A stretch of DNA of 64,000 nucleotides from an uncultured Dehalococcoidia bacterium (lineage in GTDB: Bacteria > Chloroflexota > Dehalococcoidia > Lucifugimonadales > UBA1127), in assembly GCA_951812285.1 (NCBI GenBank), contig OX638292.1, positions 614,774-678,773 of the forward strand, given 5' to 3'. Shown piece after piece: positions 29,872 to 39,156 of this stretch. The translations under genes were made by a program, and so were the position numbers. How positions within the stretch are numbered: position 1 is the stretch's first letter; every line of letters begins with the position of its first letter. The notes under the pieces are model-generated. The model was not told where the DNA came from. It saw only the letters and a program-made list of their open reading frames with translations, and ran no database searches.

Positions 29872-30927
29872 ATGGCTGTCACCACGTTCCCCGAAGCGCC
29901 ATTCGAGTTCGCCATGTTCGACTGGATCGAGAACTCCGGCCGCCCCGTCGCCGACATCGTCGAGCACAAAATGCGGCTGGTGGAGATGGCTGACCGCGCC
30001 GGTTTCTTCGCCTGGCACACGGCGCAGCACCAGGCGACGCCCCTCTCCCTCAACATTTCGCCGTCCATCCTGCTCGCCGCCGCCATCCAGCGTACGCGCG
30101 ACCTGCATGTGGGCGCGCTCACGTTCTGCCTGCCCTGGTACGACCCCTACCGCTTCTACAACGAGATCTGCATGCTGGACCAGATGAGCCGCGGGCGCGT
30201 GGAGCTCGGCGTTGGCCGCGGCATTTCGCTCCTTGAGTCCTCGGTGTACGGCATCGACGACGTGGAGGAGTCGCGCGGCCGCTACCGCGAGACGCTCGAC
30301 ATCTTCTTCAACGCCTGCGGGAAGGACACGCTGGAGCACGAGGGCGCCTACTTCAACTATCACGACGTCGAGCTGCACACGGCGCCGTACCAGAAGCCCT
30401 ACCCGCCCCTCTGGTTCCCCAGCAGCAGCCCGGACATCATCGACTTCGTCGCGCGGCACGGGTATAACACCGCCATCCCCGGCCCGCCGGCGAACGTCCG
30501 CTCGATGCTGGAGCAATACCGAGAGACCTGGTTGGAGCACCAGGACGACGAGGGCCGCCACAACGCGCACGTCAGCGCGCCGCGTCTCGGCCGCAACCAG
30601 CACGTCTTCGTCGCCGAGACCGACGCCGAGGCGGAGGCCGTCGCAGGCCCGGCAATGGCCGAGTGGGCCTCGCACATCAGCCACCTCTCCCGGAAGCACA
30701 GCGCCTCGCTCACGGCCGCGCCGCAACCGGACCGCAGCACGCGCGAGGTCATTGCTGGGTCACCAGAGACGGTTGCTGAGCGCTTGGTCGAGTCCATAGA
30801 GGTCTCGGGCGTCAACTACTGCATCCTCGTCTTCTCGTTCGGCGACCTGGCGCCTGAGCGCGCCGAGCGTTCGCTGGAGCTCTTCATTTCGGACGTGATG
30901 CCGGCAGTGCGTGCAGGGTTGGACTAG
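29872..30927 (+). CDS. Luciferase-like (LLM) flavin-dependent monooxygenase
   Basis: 351 aa. TAQHQATP...LPWYDPYRFYNEICMLDQMSRGRVELGVGRG. Divergent from the LLM gene at 28677-29723. Confidence 0.85.
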   Translation: MAVTTFPEAPFEFAMFDWIENSGRPVADIVEHKMRLVEMADRAGFFAWHTAQHQATPLSLNISPSILLAAAIQRTRDLHVGALTFCLPWYDPYRFYNEICMLDQMSRGRVELGVGRGISLLESSVYGIDDVEESRGRYRETLDIFFNACGKDTLEHEGAYFNYHDVELHTAPYQKPYPPLWFPSSSPDIIDFVARHGYNTAIPGPPANVRSMLEQYRETWLEHQDDEGRHNAHVSAPRLGRNQHVFVAETDAEAEAVAGPAMAEWASHISHLSRKHSASLTAAPQPDRSTREVIAGSPETVAERLVESIEVSGVNYCILVFSFGDLAPERAERSLELFISDVMPAVRAGLD

Positions 30928-31147
30928 GACGGCGCATCTTCGGTCGGCGGGCATGGCGCGTGACTTTGTGCGAACGCTGTCGGCTGGAATCAATTGGTAT
31001 TCCTGACTCTCCGCGCAAGCATTTCTACCTCGCCGTGATGCTATACTCCCGGCAACTCGGGGCAAGGGCAGCCCAGCGCCTTGAGGGACTGCAGCCTGCG
31101 ACCAAGCGTGCGCGCTGTGGAAGTCTCTCAACGAAAGGACCGGACTT

Positions 31148-32836
31148 ATGGCAGAGATGAGCGGTGGCGAGGCCTTGACCCAGTCCTTGATTCGAGAGGG
31201 GGTCGAGGTAGTCTTCGGGATTCCCGGCATTCACATGTCCGGCAGCGTCGTCGCCATGCGCGACGATGCGGCGATCGAGCACATCACCACGCGGCATGAG
31301 GGCGGCGCGACAAACATGGCCTATGGCTACGCCCGGGCGTCTGGTAAGCCGGGCGTGGCGTTGGTCGTCCCCGGCGCGGGCGTCTACAACGCCGCCTCAG
31401 GCATGGCGACCGCCTTCGCGCGCTCGACGCCGGTGTTGCTTATAGCCGGGCAGATCTCGCGGCCGCAGATGGGCAAGGACCTGGGCGCGATCCATGAGGT
31501 GTTCAACCAGATGGAGACCCTCGCGCCGGTGACCAAGTGGCGACGGCAGGCCATGCGCCCCCGCGAAATCCCGGCTGCGGTCTCCGAGGCATTCCGGCAG
31601 ATGCGCACCGGACGCCCCCGCCCCGTCTACCTCGAGATGCCGCCGGAAGTGGCCGTCGAGCGCGAGGAAGTGCAGTTGCGCGACCCGTCTCCCGTCTCGC
31701 GCATCGTGCCCAGCCCGGACGACCTTCGGCGCGCGGCGGACATCATCGCCAATTCCAGGCTCCCGTTGATATACGCCGGCGGCGGCGTTATGCAGTCGGG
31801 CGCGGAGGATGTCCTCAGGGAACTTGTGGAAATCACCAACATCCCCGTCATCACGTCGAGCGGCGGCAAGGGAGCGATCCCCGACAACCATCCCCTGACC
31901 TACGGGTCCTGCCTCAGTCCGGCGGCGGAAACGCTCGAGTTGAACCAGCTCCTCGACGTCATGCAGTCGGCCGACTGCATGATCGGCGTCGGAGCGCGCT
32001 TCTCGATCGGCAACCCCGCGGGCGAGGCGTGCACGCTCATTAACATAAATATCGACGACAGGGACCTCACGAGAATTCAGGCCAACACCCTGCCCCTGCA
32101 CGGCGACGCCAAGGCGACGCTTGAGGCGTTGCTTCCCTTCCTCAAGGAGGCGGGCGCAGACAACCGCCCATCACCTGCGGAGGCGGTCGAGGCCGCCCGT
32201 CGCCTCATCGCCTACTACGACATCCGGCAACAGGAGCCGCAGTACGCCGTCCTGGAGACCATCAAGCAGAGCATCCCTGAGGAGACCATAACGGTCTGGG
32301 ACGTCACGCAGTTTGGCTACTACTCCCGTACCCACTACCAGGTGAACCTGCCCGGCACGTACATTGACTCCGGCTTCTCGTTCAATCTCGGGCACGCATT
32401 CCCCACCGCCCTCGGCGCAAAGGTTGGCAGGCCCGACACGCCCGTGGTCTGCTTTACCGGCGACGGCGGCTTCATGTTCAACGCGTCCGAGCTCTCGACG
32501 GCGGTCAAGTACGGCATCAACACCGTGACCGTGGTGTTCCGGGACGACGCCTACGGCAACGTCGCCCGGGACCTAGAGGACTTCTTTGGCGGCTCCTACG
32601 GGACGGACCTGCACAACCCGGACCTGGTCAAGTTCGCCGAGTCCTTTGGCGCGGTTGGACTGCGCACGGAAGACCCCTCGGACCTCGCCACGCTGCTGCC
32701 CGAAGCCCTGGCGCTCAATGCGCCGGTCGTCATCGACGTGCCGGTGGGACACCTGGACCTGCCGCGTTCCAAGTTCATGACGCACCTGCCCAGGGTGGCC
32801 TGGACGCAGCCGCAACAAGGCATGATCGCGTCCTGA
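31148..32836 (+). CDS. Thiamine-diphosphate-dependent enzyme (acetolactate synthase-like)
   Basis: 562 aa. GDGGFMFNASELSTAVKYGINTVTVVFRDDAYGN. N-terminal HEGGATNMAYGYAR. Confidence 0.85.
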   Translation: MAEMSGGEALTQSLIREGVEVVFGIPGIHMSGSVVAMRDDAAIEHITTRHEGGATNMAYGYARASGKPGVALVVPGAGVYNAASGMATAFARSTPVLLIAGQISRPQMGKDLGAIHEVFNQMETLAPVTKWRRQAMRPREIPAAVSEAFRQMRTGRPRPVYLEMPPEVAVEREEVQLRDPSPVSRIVPSPDDLRRAADIIANSRLPLIYAGGGVMQSGAEDVLRELVEITNIPVITSSGGKGAIPDNHPLTYGSCLSPAAETLELNQLLDVMQSADCMIGVGARFSIGNPAGEACTLININIDDRDLTRIQANTLPLHGDAKATLEALLPFLKEAGADNRPSPAEAVEAARRLIAYYDIRQQEPQYAVLETIKQSIPEETITVWDVTQFGYYSRTHYQVNLPGTYIDSGFSFNLGHAFPTALGAKVGRPDTPVVCFTGDGGFMFNASELSTAVKYGINTVTVVFRDDAYGNVARDLEDFFGGSYGTDLHNPDLVKFAESFGAVGLRTEDPSDLATLLPEALALNAPVVIDVPVGHLDLPRSKFMTHLPRVAWTQPQQGMIAS

Positions 32837-32987
32837 TGTCCGGCGCCGCGAGTCGAGATGGCCAGCCGGCGCACGGCCGGTAGTCGAAGCTTGGCGAATT
32901 CCGCCGCGTCTCCGCTTGACGACGCCAAGGCTGTTTGCATACCCTACGGCATTGGGAAACCGCATAATTCATATCAGGGGGAAATGC

Positions 32988-34304
32988 ATGCTGACGACCT
33001 ACGACAATGAGATGCTGACGCGAGTCGGGCCCGGAACGCCGATGGGCTCCTTCATCCGAGAGTTCTGGATCCCGTTCCTGCCGTCCCGCGACCTGCCGGA
33101 GCGTGACGGCCCCATGAAGCGCGTCCGCCTGCTTGGCGAGGACCTCGTCGCCTTCCGCGACTCCAACGGCGACGTCGGCCTCATCGCCGAGAACTGCCCG
33201 CACCGCGGCGCGTCGCTCTTCTTCGGCCGCAACGAGAATGGCGGCCTCGCCTGCAACTACCACGGCTGGAAGTACGACGTCACCGGCGCCTGCCTCGAAA
33301 TGCCCAACGAGCCCGCCGAGTCCAACTTCAAGGACAAGGTTCGCGTCACCGCCTACCCCGTCGTGGAAGTGAACAAGGCCCTGTGGACCTACATGGGCCC
33401 CCGCGAGACGCCTCCACCCTTCCCGCCGTTTGAGGTTACGACACTTCCCTATGATCAGTCGTATGAGCCCCACGTAATGACGGAGGAGTGCAACTGGATG
33501 CAGGGGTTGGAGGGCGACCTCGACTCCTCCCACGTCTACTTCATCCACGGCCGTCTCTACGAGGACGCCCCGGCCGCGCCGGGCCAGCTCCGCGGCGTCT
33601 GGACCAACGACCGCGCACCCGCACTCGACGTGGTGCCCACGCCCTACGGCGTCTACTACACCGCCCTCCGTCACATAAACGATCAGGGCGACATCCACCA
33701 CCGCGTCAACCAGTACCTCTACCCCTTTTTCAGCATGATCACCATCGACGCGACAGTGAACCTCCGCGCCTGGGTGCCGATCGACGACAACCACCACATG
33801 CTGTTCATGATGAGCGGCAGGGCGGACGAGGGGACTTCCTCGGATCTTGAGGCGTTCCTGCTGGACCCGTTCAAGACCGCCGGCGGCTACATCCCCGAGA
33901 CCCCGGACCCGCGCACTCGCTACATGTCCTACGCGCGCAAGGCCAACAACTACTGCATCGACTACGACGTGCAGAGCAAGTACATGATGTCCGGCATCCC
34001 CTTCTTGGTGAACCTCCAGGACCGCGCGATGACCGAGACCATGGGCGCAATCTACGACCGCCGCCGCGAGCACCTCGGCACCAGTGACCGCATGATCATC
34101 CAGGTGCGCAAGCAGCTCTTGTCCGGCGCCCGCGCGCTGCAGGAGGACGGCTCCGTGCCCGAAATCGTCGACAATCCCAAGCACGTGCGCGTCCGCCCCG
34201 TCGGCATGATCCTCAACGAGAGCGTCGACTGGCAGGAGGCCACCAAGGTCGTCCGAGACGTAGACGGCGGCGAGCCGGTAGCATACGTGCCGTTCTTCGA
34301 GTAG
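32988..34304 (+). CDS. Rieske non-heme iron oxygenase alpha subunit (paralogue of 23750-25051)
   Basis: 438 aa from the ATG at 32988 (SD AGGGGGA). CPHRGASLFFGRNENGGLACNYHGWKY and EGDLDSSHVYFIHG. Confidence 0.9.
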   Translation: MLTTYDNEMLTRVGPGTPMGSFIREFWIPFLPSRDLPERDGPMKRVRLLGEDLVAFRDSNGDVGLIAENCPHRGASLFFGRNENGGLACNYHGWKYDVTGACLEMPNEPAESNFKDKVRVTAYPVVEVNKALWTYMGPRETPPPFPPFEVTTLPYDQSYEPHVMTEECNWMQGLEGDLDSSHVYFIHGRLYEDAPAAPGQLRGVWTNDRAPALDVVPTPYGVYYTALRHINDQGDIHHRVNQYLYPFFSMITIDATVNLRAWVPIDDNHHMLFMMSGRADEGTSSDLEAFLLDPFKTAGGYIPETPDPRTRYMSYARKANNYCIDYDVQSKYMMSGIPFLVNLQDRAMTETMGAIYDRRREHLGTSDRMIIQVRKQLLSGARALQEDGSVPEIVDNPKHVRVRPVGMILNESVDWQEATKVVRDVDGGEPVAYVPFFE

Positions 34305-34329
34305 CTCTCAGGTTTAGCTCGATACTCAG

Positions 34330-34351
34330 GGAGGGGCCGAGAGGCCCCTCC
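34330..34351. terminator. Bidirectional hairpin terminator
   Basis: GGAGGGGCC-GAGA-GGCCCCTCC followed by TATTCCTTTCC, between convergent genes. Confidence 0.6.
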
Positions 34352-34362
34352 TATTCCTTTCC

Positions 34363-35721
34363 CTACAACCCCGCCTCGCGCACGCTCTCCGGCGTTACCG
34401 TGCTCGGCAGCCGGTAGCCGCGGAACACCCAGTAGCCGACGAATGCGATCGCGCCTGCGACAGGCCCCAGCAGGCGGATGCCCAGCGGGTCGTCCGCCGT
34501 CTCGCCCAGCAGCAGGATGAGCGCGAGCAACAGCGCGGAGAAGGACGAGCCCACCTTCTCGAAGAGGTTCTGCGTCGTGAAGAACATCGCCTCCCGGCGC
34601 ATGCCAGTGCGAATCTCGTCGTAGTCCGTGATGTCGGCGGTGATGGCCCGCGGCATGAGGTTAACGCCCCCCATCGGCAGCCCGACGAGGAACGCAACAA
34701 CAATCCCCTGCACCAGTATGGGCACCCCCGGCACCAGGCCTACGAAGAACATGAATGGCAGGATGACCGCGGTCCCCAGCAGGCAGAACGAGTAGACCCA
34801 TTGCTTGCCCTTTGTGTGGCTCAGCTTCCACATCGCGAACACGGCAACCATCATCCCCACGAGTGCCGTGCCCGTCAGCGCCGACGTCATCGTGCCCTCG
34901 TTCTCCGCGTCGAGTATGGCCGAGACGAAGAAGGGCATCCACCCCAGCGTCATCGTCGTCGAGAGCTGGTACAGCACGAACGTGGGCAGGAAGAACAGGA
35001 ACTGCTTGTTGGCCAGCGTCGCGAGGAACGCGCCCTTGAGCGGCATCTGCGCGGGTGGCGTGTCGCGCGGCGCGTGCCGCCAGACGCCGCCGACGCCGAG
35101 GAACCGGAAGCCGAGGCCCATGACGCCCATCAGCACGCCCATGACCTTGAAGCCCCACGTGTCCTGCACGACGCCGCTCAGCACCAACCCCAGCACCGCG
35201 CCAAGGATGCCGAAGTAGAACTGCCACGCGACGATGCTCATCCGGTCGCGGTGACTTTTCGCGATCTCCGGCAGCAACGACTCGTACGGGCCGATCGACA
35301 TGGTGTTGCTCAGGAAGAACAGCTCCAGGATGACGAAGACCCAGATGGCATTGACGATGCTCGCGCCCTCGACGGGCGTGAACCAGAGCATCATGAAGAA
35401 GATGGCCCAGAAGGGCGTGGACAGGACGACGAAGGGCAGGCGCCGTCCCCAGCGGCTCTTCGTGCGGTCGCTCCACCAGCCGATGATAGGGTCGTCGAAC
35501 GCCTCGATGAGCCGCCCGGCCGTCAGCAGCGCGCCGACGAACACCCGCGCGTCCACGTCGATGGGGCCGAGCGCCAGTCCCGGCACGACGGCGTCGCCCT
35601 CGCCCTTCGGCGGCGCGAGGAAGAACAGCAGCCACAGGTTGCGGGTCTGCACCACCGCTTGCCCGCCGATCATGTCGGTGGTGTAGAGGAGCTTGTTGAG
35701 CATCGGCAGGCCGTTGGTCAT
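34363..35721 (-). CDS. GPH/MFS-family cation symporter (MelB-like)
   Basis: 452 aa, 12 TM segments. DDPIIGWWSDRTKSRWGRRLPF is the GPH-family loop motif. Confidence 0.8.
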   Translation of the reverse strand: MTNGLPMLNKLLYTTDMIGGQAVVQTRNLWLLFFLAPPKGEGDAVVPGLALGPIDVDARVFVGALLTAGRLIEAFDDPIIGWWSDRTKSRWGRRLPFVVLSTPFWAIFFMMLWFTPVEGASIVNAIWVFVILELFFLSNTMSIGPYESLLPEIAKSHRDRMSIVAWQFYFGILGAVLGLVLSGVVQDTWGFKVMGVLMGVMGLGFRFLGVGGVWRHAPRDTPPAQMPLKGAFLATLANKQFLFFLPTFVLYQLSTTMTLGWMPFFVSAILDAENEGTMTSALTGTALVGMMVAVFAMWKLSHTKGKQWVYSFCLLGTAVILPFMFFVGLVPGVPILVQGIVVAFLVGLPMGGVNLMPRAITADITDYDEIRTGMRREAMFFTTQNLFEKVGSSFSALLLALILLLGETADDPLGIRLLGPVAGAIAFVGYWVFRGYRLPSTVTPESVREAGL

Positions 35722-35759
35722 GGCTTACCCTTCCGGTCTCGAAACCCCGCTTCCCCTGA

Positions 35760-36167
35760 TCACTCCCGCCACAGGTGGTAGCACAACGTGCCCGACAGGA
35801 CGATGTAGAGGGTGTTGATGACAATCCAGAAGTTGATGTGCGTTTGGCTCTGGCCCTCGGCGCCCTGGGCCAGGTTGTCAAACCAGTTCCAGAAGAAGAG
35901 GACGGAAAGCACCACGGCGGCATAGAAGGCCGCGTGGACCCACAACTGCGTCATGGTGGGAGCGTCCGCGGCGAGGCGCTTCTTGTGTACCCAGCCGTGG
36001 GTCAGTGCGGCGACGGCGCCCACCGCCATGAACACGGCGAGCACATCCCAGATCGCGCCCACTTCCCACGCCTCGGGGTAGAACGGATTGAGCCAGAAGT
36101 GGAGCAGCACGACGAGTGCAGTGAGCCCCAGGTAGATGGAGCCTGGTTTCTTGAGCGCATCCTCCAT
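35760..36167 (-). CDS. Small 4-TM membrane protein of unknown family (paralogue B)
   Basis: 135 aa from the ATG at 36167 (SD GGGAAGGGGG). 38 nt upstream of the GPH symporter gene. Shares LLHFWL.PFYP..W.VG.IW and VLFFWNWFD with 36393-36794. Confidence 0.65.
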   Translation of the reverse strand: MEDALKKPGSIYLGLTALVVLLHFWLNPFYPEAWEVGAIWDVLAVFMAVGAVAALTHGWVHKKRLAADAPTMTQLWVHAAFYAAVVLSVLFFWNWFDNLAQGAEGQSQTHINFWIVINTLYIVLSGTLCYHLWRE

Positions 36168-36317
36168 GACGACCCCCTTCCCACCGGTGGTCAAGCCTCA
36201 CTGGCCCAATGGAAGCACACGCAGCAATTTGGCGTCAATTCACGCCCCAGCGGCTTGAAATTGACATGCCTGTGGGTTAACCTTTGTCTACCACCCCAGC
36301 GATAGCATCGCTGGCCC

Positions 36318-36351
36318 GACGCCTCCTTCCAAGGAGGCGTCTCTTTTGTTT
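36318..36351 (+). terminator. Orphan plus-strand intrinsic terminator (possible 3' end of a small RNA)
   Basis: GACGCCTCC-TTCCAA-GGAGGCGTC followed by TCTTTTGTTT on the plus strand. Both flanking genes are on the minus strand. Preceded by a second hairpin, CCAGCGAT-AGC-ATCGCTGG, at 36296-36314. Confidence 0.55.
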
Positions 36352-36392
36352 GGCGTGCGGCAACTAGTATTCCCCCGCCGAACGCCCCCCGT

Positions 36393-36794
36393 CTACTTCC
36401 GCCACAGGTGCCAGCCGACCGTCCCCATGAGCACGATGTACATCGTGTTGATGATTACCCAGTAATTGTTGCGGGTCTGGCTCTGGTCGGCGTCGGAAGC
36501 CAGCTCGTCGAACCAGTTCCAGAAGAAGAGGACGGCCAGCACGACGGAAGCGTAAAAGGCCGTGTACGCGCAGATGTGGGCGAGCGAGCTGTCGTCCGAG
36601 CCCACGCCGCGCTTGTACGAGAGGGTATACGCGAGCGTGACCACTATGCCGACGGCCATGAAGCCGTCAGCCCACTCCCATATCACGCCCACGTCCCACG
36701 AGCCCGGGTAGAATGGGCTGAGCCAGAAGTGGAGCAGCACCGCAAGGGCGCTGAGCATCAGGTACACGGACACCGGCTTCCGAAGCGCTTCCAT
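36393..36794 (-). CDS. Small 4-TM membrane protein of unknown family (paralogue A)
   Basis: 133 aa. Collinear with 35760-36167 over the whole length. Confidence 0.65.
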   Translation of the reverse strand: MEALRKPVSVYLMLSALAVLLHFWLSPFYPGSWDVGVIWEWADGFMAVGIVVTLAYTLSYKRGVGSDDSSLAHICAYTAFYASVVLAVLFFWNWFDELASDADQSQTRNNYWVIINTMYIVLMGTVGWHLWRK

Positions 36795-36874
36795 GTTTCC
36801 CCCTTTCCCTATCTACTGCGAGTGACCCTGAGGCCACTCGCCGCAATGGAAGCATAGGCCGTTGTTGTCAGTCA

Positions 36875-38119
36875 ATGCGAATCACCACTTCCCCTGCTGA
36901 CATCGCGCCCTCGCTCGGCGACAATGTCGCCGCTATGGGAATCTCTCGTTTGCTCGAAGTCCTGCTTGTCGCGCTGCGCCTTGGGCTCACGTCCTTCGGC
37001 GGGCCCGTCGCCCACATCGGCTACTTCCGCGAGGAGTACGTCGTCCGGCGAGGCTGGCTCTCCGACGAGCGCTTTGCCGAGCTCGTCGCGCTCTGCCAGT
37101 TCCTGCCCGGCCCGGCCAGCAGCCAGCTTGGCATCGCGATCGGCACGGGGCGAGCGGGCTACCTCGGCGGCTTCCTTGCATGGCTCGGTTTCACCCTGCC
37201 CTCCGCCGCGGCCCTCGCCGCCTTCGCCTACGGCGTCCACGAGTTTGGCGGCGACGGTGGTGGCTGGCTCGACGGCCTCAAGATCGCCGCGGTGGCCGTC
37301 GTTGCCTTCGCGCTGTGGGGCATGGGCCGCACTCTGACGCCCGACAAGACGCGAATCTCCATCGCGGTGGTTGCCGCCGCTGCGCTGCTGCTGACCGGCG
37401 GCGTTGCCGCGCAGGTGCTCGTCATCATCGGCGGCGGCGTCCTGGGCCTCATCCTGCTCCGCCCCGCCGAGGCCCAGCCGGTCGCCGACGCCGGACAGCG
37501 CACGGGAGCGAAGACTGGCGCGCTGCTGATAGTGCTGTTCGCAATCGCCCTGCTGGCGCTGCCCTTCGTTGCTCGGTCCGTCGACAACCAACCGCTGGAG
37601 GTCGCCGACAGCTTCTACCGCTCGGGTTCGCTGGTCTTCGGTGGCGGGCACGTGGTGCTGCCGCTGCTGGAGGCCGAGGTAGTCCCGACGGAGTTGGTGA
37701 CCAAGGACGAGTTTTTGGCGGGCTACGGGGCCGCACAGGCCGTGCCGGGGCCGCTCTTCACATTCTCCGCATACCTCGGGACGGTCATGGGCATCCTGGA
37801 CCCGTGGTGGCTGGGCGGGCTGCTCGCGCTGGCGGCCATCTTCGTGCCGTCGTTCCTGCTTGTCTGGGGAGTGATGCCATTCTGGGAGCGGCTCCGCGGC
37901 TTCGTCTCGGTGCGCCGAGCGCTCATGGGCGTGAATGCCGCCGTGGTTGGCATCCTGCTCGCTGCCCTCTACGACCCCGTGTGGACCAGCGCCGTCGACG
38001 CCCCCGAGGACTTCGCGCTGGGCGCCGTCGCCTTCGTGCTGCTCGCCTTCTGGAAGACCCCGCCGTGGCTCGTGGTGGTGCTTGCCGCGCTCGCTGGCGC
38101 CGCGATGGCTGCGGTGTAG
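36875..38119 (+). CDS. chrA: Chromate ion transporter (CHR family, two-domain form)
   Basis: 414 aa. FGGPVAHIGYFREE in the N-terminal half and VFGGGHVVLPLL in the C-terminal half, the duplicated CHR signature. Start uncertain (36875 or 36935). Confidence 0.85.
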   Translation: MRITTSPADIAPSLGDNVAAMGISRLLEVLLVALRLGLTSFGGPVAHIGYFREEYVVRRGWLSDERFAELVALCQFLPGPASSQLGIAIGTGRAGYLGGFLAWLGFTLPSAAALAAFAYGVHEFGGDGGGWLDGLKIAAVAVVAFALWGMGRTLTPDKTRISIAVVAAAALLLTGGVAAQVLVIIGGGVLGLILLRPAEAQPVADAGQRTGAKTGALLIVLFAIALLALPFVARSVDNQPLEVADSFYRSGSLVFGGGHVVLPLLEAEVVPTELVTKDEFLAGYGAAQAVPGPLFTFSAYLGTVMGILDPWWLGGLLALAAIFVPSFLLVWGVMPFWERLRGFVSVRRALMGVNAAVVGILLAALYDPVWTSAVDAPEDFALGAVAFVLLAFWKTPPWLVVVLAALAGAAMAAV

Positions 38120-38223
38120 GGGATTCCCGGTTATCGGACCGCGACTGAAGCAACTGGTGCTCGTAGTAGGAAACACCCTCCATTTCCTTGACCCTCCCGC
38201 TCCGACGGGTCTACGCTAAACAT

Positions 38224-38604
38224 ATGAAGAAACTCCTCCTCCCGGCCCAGATCTTCGCGATAGTCTATGGTCTTCTTGCGGCCTTACTGGCGCTGGTTGG
38301 CTCATTTGCCGACAGCGGCGATGCCTTCGTCCGCTTTCTGCTCACTCTGCTGCACCCGTTGAGCGCCGTCGGGCTGCTGGCCGCCGTGTTCGTGCGTTCC
38401 CTTGCCGTGCCCCTCGTGGGGCTGGTGGCGGCGCTGCTGCTGGTCACCGCGCTGGCCGATGGCTACTTCGCGATGTCCATCGCTACGGGATCGGTCAAGG
38501 GCGACTGGGAGATTCCCGCAATCCTCGCCATCGGCCCAACCCTGGGATTTCTCTACGCGATGAGCCTCTTGCTGTGGGGAAGGGCGACGGCAGACGAGTC
38601 ATAG
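38224..38604 (+). CDS. Hypothetical membrane protein
   Basis: 126 aa from the ATG at 38224 (MKKLLLPAQIF...), 4 hydrophobic segments, no family recognised. Confidence 0.5.
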   Translation: MKKLLLPAQIFAIVYGLLAALLALVGSFADSGDAFVRFLLTLLHPLSAVGLLAAVFVRSLAVPLVGLVAALLLVTALADGYFAMSIATGSVKGDWEIPAILAIGPTLGFLYAMSLLLWGRATADES

Positions 38605-38649
38605 GATTCCGGCGTCCGGGCACGTTCAAGTTCGGGATTGGAGGGCGAT

Positions 38650-39048
38650 GTGAACAGGCAGGCGTTCGTCAACCTTGCGGTCCAGAACATCGACAAGTCG
38701 CGGGAGTTCTTCGAGAGCCTCGGTTTCGAGTTTGACCCCAACTTCAGCAACGCGGGGTGCGCGTGCATGATCGTGTCGCCCGGCACGTACGTCATGATGC
38801 TGGCCGAGGGCTTCTTCCAGGCCTTCACGACCAAGGACATCCTCGACACCGCCGAATCGACCGAGGTGGTCATCGCCGTGTCCGCCGGCAGCCGGCAGGG
38901 CGTCGACGCCATCCTGCAGGCGGCCGTCGAGGGCGGCGGGGCCCTTGCGCGTGAGGCCCGAGACCACGGCCACATGTACGGCGGCGCCTTCGAGGACCTC
39001 GACAGCCACCTGTGGGAGATCTTCCACATGGAGGGCTCGGCTCCGTAG
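38650..39048 (+). CDS. VOC/glyoxalase-fold protein
   Basis: 132 aa from the GTG at 38650 (SD GGAGGG). FVNLAVQNIDKSREFFESLGF...GGAFEDLDSHLWEI. Confidence 0.75.
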   Translation: MNRQAFVNLAVQNIDKSREFFESLGFEFDPNFSNAGCACMIVSPGTYVMMLAEGFFQAFTTKDILDTAESTEVVIAVSAGSRQGVDAILQAAVEGGGALAREARDHGHMYGGAFEDLDSHLWEIFHMEGSAP

Positions 39049-39156
39049 GTCTCCCGTCCGGCACGGCTTCCATGCTTCCGCGCAATTGGCTGATATCCTT
39101 GACACCCCCTTGCGGCTGATGTTCAATCGCCCCAATCGGGGTCAAAGGAGGCTGCC

